In this document: piece by piece, positions 12,654 through 22,568 of the stretch | How the letters are laid out: the number at the start of each line of letters is the position of its first letter | How positions within the stretch are numbered: position 1 is the first letter of the stretch | From: Sphyrna mokarran | Taxonomy: Eukaryota | Reading direction: 5' to 3' | Length of the DNA: 64,000 bases | Assembly (NCBI GenBank): GCA_024679065.1 | Contig: JAGIQG010000014.1 | Coordinates: 52,948,001 to 53,012,000, forward strand | Program-made: the position numbers and the translations under genes | The notes under the pieces: generated by a model | What the model was told of the DNA's origin: nothing | What the model saw: only the letters and a program-made list of their open reading frames with translations | Databases searched by the model: none

Positions 12654-15175
12654 GGGCAGAATTTCCCCAGACTGTTGGAGATGGATTCAGGTGTGGGCCA
12701 AGTGGGAAAGTCCTGGAGCAGGTTGTTGAGTCAGAATCCTGCTTTCTTGTGGCTTTCCTCAGGGTGAGTTCAGTAAGGGACCCACATGGGTTTCTTTGAG
12801 CATTGGGATTCCTCTTTGCCAACAGTGCATCGGTTACATGTTGTATCGAATGCACAGCTGGAACTAAGTGCAGGATGAAAAAGACAATGGTGTGAATAGT
12901 ATAAACAGTGAAGACAACAAACCTGTGGCCAGCCACAGGGAAAGCCTTGCACTGACAAAAGCATTTCCTTCAGTTTAAATCCTTTGGGAGCAGCAATTTT
13001 ATGCAACTTATGCAAGTGCCTTTGACCCCTCAAAGAATTGATTTCACCTGATTGCTCATGACATTCCCAGTGACATTGGGTCCAGATGTTCTGAAATTGG
13101 TTGCACCTCTAAGGAGAGGTACACCATCCTCCAGCTAAGCAGCCACAGCAACAGAGGCAGCAACACCAATAAAAGCAGTAGTTGCTGCCTTCCCCATCGC
13201 TACATGCAGCTAAACAGAACAAAGGGGATGGACACAGGGGCAATATTCATTGGTGGCTTGTTGTGTCTGATTCTTCATGTGATTTACCATTTGTTCACTG
13301 GAGGTGTCCATCAACACAAATGTAGAGACATTATGCTGCTTATTTGAGAGCTGGGTTCCTCCATTTCTTCTGCAAGGCTCTGCACTGCTTCTCGAATTTC
13401 TAACAGATGCGCACTCATTTTCATTACCATTGCACAATTACTCATTTAATGGATGAGACTCAGATCTGTGTCCACCTGAGCAGAGCCTTGAGTGATCTGC
13501 ACCCTCTGAGAACAGCACAGCACAGGAAACAGGCCCTTTGGCCCTACAAGCCCACGCCACCCATTTTAACGGCACGTGTCTCCAGAAACTGCTCTTCCTC
13601 ACGCGGGCCTCACTATTTACTACCCAGCCAAACTGAGAGGCCGGACTCACAAAGGTGTACTGCTGTTAGTATCTATAAGAGCTATGGCATGCCCTCCAAG
13701 TACTCTGAGGAATCCATGAACTTCTCCTTCATCTCCTGCCCCAAGTCCGGCTAAGTACCTGCAGGTGATGAAAGATATGAGTTACACTGAGCACAAATTA
13801 TATAACGTTGCAAATTAGCTTGGACTGATGATAACAGTGAATGTATTGGTGACATCAATTAAACATGGGCAACCGCCAAGTGCCAAGATGCATTGTGATA
13901 CTTATCTGCAGGTCTCTGTGCTAATATCTTGTTCGTTGACAACTACCTGTTCAAGTGCCACCCTATTCATCTCTGGGGTTTCCTCCTCCATCAATGTCAG
14001 GGTGACCATGGCTGAAGCTCCAGTCTTGGTTTTCTACCTTTCCCTGAAGTTTGGGACTTTCTGCTCCTGTAGAATTGTTATGAATGTCATTGATTATTGA
14101 GAATGGAGGATAAACATTTGAAGATGGTTCCTAAGAGGAATGGGAAGAGAAGGTTAAAGTGAGTGTTGTCTATTGTGATAGAGACTTCAGAAGGAGACTG
14201 GAGTGAAATGGGTGGCATGGTAGCACTGCTGCTTCACAGCTCCAGGGTTCTTGGTTCGATTCCTGGCTCCGGTCACTGTCTGTGTGGAGTTCGCACATTC
14301 TCCTCATGTCTGCATGCGTTTGCTCTGGGTGCTCCGGTTTCCTCCCACTGTCCAAAGATGTGCGCATTAGGTTGATTGGCTATGCTAAGAAATTTCCCCT
14401 TAGTATCCAGGGATAGGTAGGTTAGAGGGATTAGTGGGTATAATATGTAGGGATATGTGGGTAGGGCCTGGTGGGATTGTGCTCAGTGCAGACGCAATGG
14501 GCCAAAGTGCCTCTTTCTGCACTGTAGAGTTCCATTGTTCTATGAAAGGAATTATGTGTCAGCAAGATGTGTGTGTCAGAGAAATGCTGCACAGGAGATT
14601 GCAAGAGTGATAGCTCCCAGCTGTAGGACATTCATCTTGCTGGACCTCAGGATGTCATTGAGTTTTTTCCAGCATTGAATTTAGATCCTTGTCAATACTC
14701 ATGCCTTGGCCATTTGAAGCCATGCCTATTTAGAGTGGTTGTTTGGTCTCTCTCTGCCATCTTCCCATTCACTCACTGCTCGTATCAGAACAACAAAGAG
14801 AACAACAACAAAGAACAGCACAGCACAGGAAACTGGCCCTTCGGCCCTACAAGCCCATTCTGCCCATTTTAACGGCACCTTTCCATGTCTAGCATTGATT
14901 CTACAATTCTTTCTTCATTCACATTGACTTTATCCCTCCAAATACTGTTGTCATTGTAAATCCTCTAGAAATGTCTGTAAGTAGAGACCCTTCATTGCTG
15001 CTCTGTACCTCATTCCGGCCGTCCTTCCTGTTTGGTCAAGAAACCAAGAGGTAAGCCAATAATTAGCTTACTCCTGGAAAGGACAATTACAAAACACAAA
15101 AAGTGGATATCCAACTTCCTGACCTGAAAATGGTCCCACACTTCCAGCAGAACTCAGGTACTGAAATTTCAACCA
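12654..15175 (-). mobile_element. Degenerate, internally deleted PIF/Harbinger element (copy B)
   Basis: Ends gggcagaatttc.../...ctgaaatttcaacc resemble the MITE TIRs. Minus-strand Myb/SANT remnant QCWKKLNDILRSSK (~14635-14680) and transposase-like AVHSIQHVTDALLAK (~12815-12860). Interrupted by a SINE. Confidence 0.6.
14205..14545 (+). mobile_element. Near full-length V-SINE (HE1-like)
   Basis: B-box ggttcgattcc, V core gctccggtttcctcccac, LINE-derived tail gggccaaagtgcctctttctgcactgtag. Confidence 0.9.
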
Positions 15176-16710
15176 TTTTTGTACAATCAACATAGAAAGA
15201 ACATTTCTTCCCATTAACTTTGATTTTCACCCAAGTCCTAGAGGAGAATGAACAATATGCTAACATCAGATCCCTCTCCATGTTACATTTATAATGATAC
15301 ACACTTAATTGGTGAACAATTGCATGTGCATGTCATAATTCCAATTGTGCAACCAGTTGAAATATTGTGGAATGTATCAATTATATCCCCTACTGTTTTA
15401 ATTCAGTTCTTTACAAGTTAACGCGAATAAGTCATGGTCACGCTGACATTGAACCTATTGTACAGAATATTTATGTGACTATATCGATGGTGCACAGTTC
15501 TTTCTCAACCATTCTGTATGACCACGTCATCCTCCTCCAACACCATTCCTCATTAGCCTTCTGGGTGTGACCTCCCATACCTGGATCCGTTCTTACCTAT
15601 CTAGTTTTAACTGCAGTGGTTTTTCTTCTCTCTTCTGCACCAAAGATCTATGGTAGGCCCATTCACCTACATGCTGCCTCTCAGCAACATTATGAGGAAA
15701 CACATCAAAATTCATGTGTACTCTGACAACATCTGGTTCTACTTCTCCACCACTTTGCTTTGTCACACTGTTCGTCTGACAACTAATATTGGATTAATAT
15801 AAGTTTCCTCCACTTAATATTAAGAAGATCAAAGTCATTTCCTTGGGTTCCAACAACAAGCTTTACTCCCTAGACTGAATCCATCTCTCAGTCTAACAAA
15901 TATCTGAGGTTAAGCCAGATCATTCACAACATTTGTATCATTTTTGGTCTGAAGTGAGCTTCCAGCCACATATTTGTGGCTCCATCACCAAGATGCCTAC
16001 TGTCACCTCCATAACATTGCCTAACACCTTCCTGTGTAAGCTACAGAAATGCTCAACCATGCCTTTATTACTCTAGTCTTGATTATTTCAAAGCTCTCCA
16101 GCTGGCCATGCAAGTTCCATTTTACATCAACGAGCTCGTCTAAAACTCTCCTGCTAATATTCTGACATGCACCAAGCCCTGTATAGGCATCATCCCTTGC
16201 TCACTGGCCTTCATTGGCTTCCAATCCAAGAAGGCCTTGATTTTAAGATTTTCATCTTTGTTTTCAAGTCTTTACAGTGCACGAGGAGGCCATTTGGCTC
16301 ATTAAATCTGCACCGACTCTCTGACAAAGCATCATACCCAGGCCCACTCCACTATTCTATCCCCATAATTCCATGCATTTACCATGGCTAATCTGCTAAT
16401 ATACAAATCTTGGGACACTAAGAGGCAATTTAGCATGGCCGCTCCACCGAACCTGCTCACCTTTGGACTGTAAAATGGATTTATTATCATAAGTAGGTTT
16501 ACCTGAACACTATGATGAAACAATTAAAATCAGTGATGAACAAGAGGCCAGAACTAGAGGAGTACAGATCTCAGAGAGTTGTGTGGTTGGAGGGAGGTTG
16601 TACAAATAGGGAGAAGCATTGCACTAGATAGCTGGCACAGTGGCACAATAGTTAATACTGTGTCCCTCACTACGCCAGGGATTAGGGTTCGATTCTGGCC
16701 TCGGATGAAA

Positions 16711-16955
16711 TTACTGTGAAAATCCCCTAGTTGCTATACTCTGGCACCTGTTTGGGTACACTGAGGGTGAATTTAGCATTTCTAATTCACTGAATCGGCA
16801 CATCTTTGGACTGTGGAAGGAAACTAGAGAACCTGAAGGAAACCCACACAGACATAGGGAGAACATGCATACTCCATACAAACAGTGAACCAAACTGGGA
16901 ATTGAACCCGGGTCCCTAGCTCTGTGAGGCAGCAGTGCTAACCATTGTGGCACCA
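16711..16955 (-). mobile_element. V-SINE (flanked by further SINE fragments at 16270-16470, 16633-16710 and 16965-17110)
   Basis: Reverse-strand head ggcagcagtgctaaccattgtggcacc and core ctgtggaaggaaactagag. Confidence 0.85.
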
Positions 16956-17242
16956 TGGTGATAAGTGGGAAGAAAACATAACATCCAGAGAAAACCGATG
17001 CAGACATCAGGAAAATATGCAAACTTCGTACAGTCATCCGAGGCCAGAATCAAATCCAGGACCCTGGCATTGTGGGGTAGCAGTATTAATTACTGTGCTA
17101 CTGTGCCACCTATCTATTGCAATGCTTCTCCCTATTTGTATAACCTCCCTCTAATCATACAACCCTCTGAGATCGTTGTACTCCTACAATTCTGGCCTTT
17201 TGTTCATCCCTGATTTTAACTGCTCCATCATTGGCCAACTGT

Positions 17243-17347
17243 GGATGGAATTTTATGGCCTCGTTTGGGTAAGACCAAAGATTCCTACCTGAGATCAATG
17301 TCAGAACCTCGCCCATGCTGATGCATGACGTGGCAGAGTTCTGGCCC
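17243..17347. mobile_element. Harbinger-type MITE inserted in an L2 3' remnant
   Basis: TIR-like ends ggatggaattttatggcc / ggcagagttctggccc. Confidence 0.55.
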
Positions 17348-17484
17348 AATCTTCAGCCACCTAGACCCTTTTGAACTCCCTCCCTAAGCTTCTCCACCTT
17401 TAAGGCACTCCTTAAACCTATTTGAGCAAGCTTTTGATCATTTGTTCTAATACCTAACTATATTTGTTCTTATGTAGGGAAACA

Positions 17485-17772
17485 TAGGTAGCCAATTTAC
17501 ATTGTAAATACAGCATGAGCAGAAAATCTTTTTTGAGGGGGTGATGATAATTCAAAAGTATATGTGGATCAGGCCACCAAAAAATGTCCCAAATCATCTT
17601 CAGACAGTGGCATAAGTAAGATCCCAATTTAAACATCTCACTTAAAGGTGACACTTAAATCACGGCAGCACTCCCTCAGTACTCCACTGAAGTGCCAGTC
17701 TGGATTATGTGTTCCAGCCTCTGGAGTGCAGCTTGAGTTTTCTGACTCAGAGGCAGTGCCATCACTGAGCCA
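17485..17772 (-). mobile_element. Deu-domain SINE (SacSINE1/AmnSINE1-related) fragment
   Basis: Reverse of tggctcagtg..gcctctgagtcagaa...cttcagtggagtactgagggagtgctgc, which I recognise as a DeuSINE head and core. Confidence 0.7.
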
Positions 17773-17775
17773 AGA

Positions 17776-18120
17776 CTGGCAGAATGGTTAGTACTACTGC
17801 CTCACAGTGCCAGGGACCTGGGTTCAATTTCAACAATTTGCAGTGTTGATGGCAGATCAACTCTGATCTCAGGTGTCTGTATGGAGTTTGCACATTCTCC
17901 CTGTATTTGCATGGGTTTCCTTGGGGTGCTCCGGTTTCTTCCCACACTCCAAAGCTGTGAGGTTTGGGTGAATCGGCCATGCTAAATTGCCCTTCAGTGT
18001 TGGGGAATTAGAAGGATAAATACATGGGGTTAGGGGAATTGGGCTTGGGTGAGATTGTTGTCTGTGCAAGCTCAAATGGGCCGACGACTGGATTCTGTCT
18101 GCACTATAGGGATTCCATGA
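17776..18120 (+). mobile_element. V-SINE (HE1-like)
   Basis: Head atggttagtactactgcctcacag, V core gggtgctccggtttcttcccacac, tail ctgcactatagggattccatg. Confidence 0.88.
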
Positions 18121-18711
18121 CACCCAACTAATTCTCTACACCATACACAGTATTAGCATATACATTTCATATAATTACATTTATACTCAGAATAAAATGC
18201 TATAATTGATTTTGATGTTTATATAACATGAAGTTTATAGTTATATAGTAACCGAGCAAACTGTTTAGTGTGCAACTCAGTCAACAACATAACTTCTGCA
18301 GCAGACTAAAAAATTACACTCCGACCACTTTGGAGAATGAAGTTGTGTGTGTGTGTTTTCACATGTGCACAGAGCTCCATTCTCTCTACCAGTACAATCT
18401 TAAAGTTTTACGAACTCAAAGCAGAAATGTTCACTTCATAAAAACGAATAGGCAGTAAGTTTCGAAAACGTATAGAGGCCCAATGGAATACTTGGGGTAT
18501 TTTGAAACCTGTTTACATATCTTTGGAATTACACTTCGCAGAGTCTCAAACCCAAACCTTGCTTCTGACCGTCGTACTCCCCATTTTTGCAGTCGAGTTA
18601 GGATCTGACCCCAGGATTAAATTGTCACTTTTAAGAAGCTGAAATGGCTGTATCGGTTGCAGTTAAATGACACGTTAAATATGTTCAGTGGCTAATGGGA
18701 TGAAGGTATAA

Positions 18712-18960
18712 AGGGTGGCACAGTGGCAAGCACTGCTCTCCCACGGTGCCAGAGAACCAGGTTCGATTCCAAGCTTGGGTCACTGTCTGTGTGGAGGTTG
18801 TACTTCTCCGCGTGGATTTCCTCCTGGTGCTTTGGTTTCCTCCCACAGTCTGGTTAGGTGCATTGACCGGAACAGGCACCAAAGTATGACAACTCGGGTA
18901 ATTTCATGGCAGTGTTAATGCAAGCCTTACTTGTGACTAATAAATAAACTCTACTTTAAA
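18712..18960 (+). mobile_element. V-SINE, internally deleted
   Basis: ggtggcacagtggcaagcactg..ggttcgattcc..ggtttcctcccacagtc..aataaataaac. Confidence 0.88.
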
Positions 18961-20835
18961 ATGAACTATAGTTTTATTGGAAAATATTAAATTCAATAAG
19001 CGAATGTATTTGTACATCTGGCCAACGCAATAGCAATAATGCGGCTAGTGTTTATAAATAAAACTCAGCTGATTGGTTTAAATACTGTGCGATAACAGTG
19101 TTCCTCACATATGACCAAGATGTAAACAGGAAGGTGCGACATTTCTGCAGCACCAATAAACAGTGACAGAATTAGTAGGATGAATGGTACATCCAATGAT
19201 GCGTGCTCTATTCCTTGTTCACCCCCGTCCGCTCAGTTTAAGGGAAAGCGCCGCCCCAACCTGGACCTCCAGACGGCGTCGCAATAACAGAACCCAGGTC
19301 AACAAGCTCACCGCAGGCAAGGTGTGTGGCAAGGTGAGATTAATAAGAAAGGAGAGGGGATGAAAAGTGTAATTACCTGAAAGGTGGGAAAGGGTGCGTT
19401 TTCCTCCTAAACAAAACAAAGGTCCGCCTAACAGCTGCCTTGACTTGAGATCCTGCACCCCCAAGCACATCTTGTGGGCAGTGCCACTCCGTAAATAAAA
19501 ACAGATGTTACCTTTCCAGAAAAGTAATGTACCTAATCCGCTTGTTTACAAGATAAGCTCCCAAAAGATTATAAAAGCAACACTTTAGCTTATATTTCAA
19601 CATAAACAGATGAAAGGTACTTATTTACATAGGATCAAAGTGGCTAAGGTCAGAACTGCAGTAATTCCGAAGGTTGGGGAGGAGGAGGAGGATTGGGGAG
19701 GAGTGAGGGGTGGTTGGGAAAGGGCATTGTCGAATCCTCAGTCTTTACCCAGTATCAGAGGGTGGCCGGCCTTAGATAAAGCAGCTGTTTGTGGACTGAG
19801 TGAGCCCAATTCTCACTCGGTTGTAACCATTAACGAGCACAGAAATCCGGCGCATACACACGTACAATTATATATATTTTTAAAAAGCCACCTCCAGCTC
19901 CCTTGCAGAAACTGTGCTGAGTGAGCACACAGCCTGGTCCCAAGGGTGGGGAGGCCTGACGTCATATGTCAGGCACGGAGGCAGCTGCCGACCCAACTTC
20001 CCATTCCCGATCCCAGTGCAACCCCATCCCTGTTCCCAGACTCGCCGCTTCTGGCTGGTAACTCTCACTAATGTGGAATAGCACGTTAACCGGGACAGCA
20101 GAATTTTACCCAAACCATGCAGATAAATGGTGAGTCCACACTTTCAACATGTGAAAGACAGAATGGAGAAATCAAACACGTGTTTTTTTTTAAATATGTT
20201 GCAATGTCTGTCAATTAAGATGAATCACTGTGGGAGCGCGGAAAAGGTTGCCGATATTTCAAAATAAATCCTTTACAAAGAATACACTCGGTGGCAATGT
20301 GATCGAAGATCACGGTCTCAAAAAAAACAGCAGCGAAACTGAGGTTTGATTCTTCGCTATTTGATTTGAAATCTCTTCCGCCTTCCTTTTCTTCAACTTC
20401 AAATGTTGTTCTTTTCCGAAGTGTTGTGATGGAGGAGTAGACATTATGAAAAGATTAATTTCTGGGCTGCAAGTTGGGTTGTAGGTTGGGGGGGGGAGGT
20501 GTAGGTTTACCGCTCGCCTTTGGGGTTTTGTCAGATTTCACACCGCGTATAAATTATGTACAAACTCTGTGGTTCGTCAGACCTGCGACCGACACACCAG
20601 AAAGTTCCAAAGTGCACTTTTAAAGGGAGAAAAGAAGCAAACGGGGAGTGTAAATCTTGTTTTATTACCTCTGTTTAAAATAAAAAGGGGTCGCATTCGG
20701 CTCTTTCCTGCTTTACCGTATTTGTTTCAGACTAAAGATAGAACTTATTTGAAGCAGCCCCTCACTGGGATTATTTTAAAAATCGGAGTTGCTGTGTAGG
20801 AGACAGAAGGATTTCGCCGCTAACAGTAACATCAG

Positions 20836-20857
20836 ACACACACACACACACACACAC
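20836..20857. repeat. (CA)11 microsatellite
   Basis: Direct read. Confidence 0.95.
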
Positions 20858-21265
20858 GCCAATTCCAAAATGTATCTCGACTCAACCTGCACAGTAATCA
20901 TCTAGCATGGTTCAACATGTCACCGAGACGATGAAGTAAAGAAAGCAAGCAAAAATATGCTTTAAAAAAACATGCATAGTTAAAAATGTTAGATGTCACT
21001 GTGGGGTTAGAGCGGTTACAGACAGACATGGATTCGCACTTCGAAACGCGCGATCATAATTACAATTGGGGATAGATCGAACTGGAGAATGGGCTATGTT
21101 TAAGTGTTTGAAATGAAAGGCAAACCCAGCCTCAATAATGTATTCGGAGGGAGAGAAATTATATTTTTGTCAATAACATGAGGCGGTTCCTACTTGTTTT
21201 TTAACCGAATCAAACATTTCCTTAGTGCTAAGATTATTGATTTTACCAATAATGTAGGCCGGATA

Positions 21266-21286
21266 TGTGTGTGTGTGTGTGTGTGT
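21266..21286. repeat. (TG)10 microsatellite
   Basis: Direct read. Confidence 0.95.
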
Positions 21287-22522
21287 AGCCCTGATTAAAT
21301 CATGGAGTGTTTGTCATTAGCTCCACTTTAAATATAAAAACATCTGGGTTGCAAAATATGCGGCAAAATACACGTTAAGTGATTTTCTTTTCGGTCAACT
21401 GAATGATGCTGGGTTGTTATTGGAATCTGCAAACGTTTTAAGTCATGTTTTCAAAAGTGGTTTGCCATTCGTTTTAGTTCAAGAATTCGGCACTTACTAA
21501 CACAGCATTTGCCGTGGTTTATATAGTAACAGTAGAGAGAATGCCAAGTAAAATCCAACGCTCCAATAAAAAAAACGGGTCAGCCATGAGGAGAGAATAC
21601 CCCTTTAATGCAATTTAAATTTGCTCAATGAAATGTATATCTATGAATAATCGATTGCTGCATTCTTTTAAACATACGTTACATGCTGAATTCACTGCCA
21701 GCTTGTTTTCCATTATAATACGTTTCCGCTTATATTTACAATCTGAATGTAATTGTTGAATTAATTAAAATATTTCAGAATAAATTGGCGAATATCTGTC
21801 TCCCATCAAATAAAGGAAACGGTCAAACCTGCCTCTCGGCCTTTTCAGAACACCCCTCTTAGACAGATTGTTTTTAGCGAACCGCCCAAAGGATTTCCCT
21901 GAACGATACATGGAAGCCCACAACACCTCACAAGAAATAACTTTCATTGCCTCTTACTTCCAACAGTGTCTTTAAAAATGTGTTGATCAGCCGTCGACGA
22001 GTGTAAAAACTAGCAAAAGGAATAGCAATACGATTTGATTAAACATTTCTGTAAAATGTTCCACGGCCAGTTATTAAATACCAACACTGTGGCCCGGGTT
22101 TGAAAAGGCCCGAGAGCAGGCCACACAATTGTTGGGGTATAAATAAAGAAATGCAACTTTTCACTGCTCAATCTAAAGTTTTCAGTACGAGATATTGTGC
22201 TTTGGAAATAATTCGCAGTTGTTATAAAGGTGTATTTATTGAAGCCAGGTCAGTAATAGACATTGAAACGTTGCTCTGTTTGAATGGCCTGTTCACCTTG
22301 GACTCAAATCAAGTACAGTATTATTTGGAAACCGATATTTGAAAATCATCTCTCGGTCTCTCATATTTTCTAAACGCTTAGTGGGGCCGCTTTTATAATA
22401 TGTTAATTATTTAACACATTTTTAAAGGATGTTACATATTCAATAGCAGAAGTATCGGGCATAAACTCAAGGCATGCAGAGCCTTGGCAGAATATTCTTT
22501 CTTTTAAGAAAATAATTATCCA

Positions 22523-22568
22523 CTGCCTCCTAATAACTCTGCCTCCTAATAACTCTGCCTCATAATAA
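22523..22568. repeat. 16-bp tandem repeat (ctgcctcctaataact) x ~2.9
   Basis: Direct read. Confidence 0.9.

Larger units (their letters stand above)
15500..17450 (+). mobile_element. L2-clade LINE 3' remnant split by several SINEs and a MITE
   Basis: Decayed RT and C-terminal text including PLLTGLHWLPIQEGLDFKIFIFVFKSL. It breaks at ~16270 and resumes at ~17120. Confidence 0.75.

Noticed and set aside
22523-22568. CRISPR-like repeat array
   Set aside because: Contiguous 16-bp tandem copies without spacers in a vertebrate context; a simple minisatellite.
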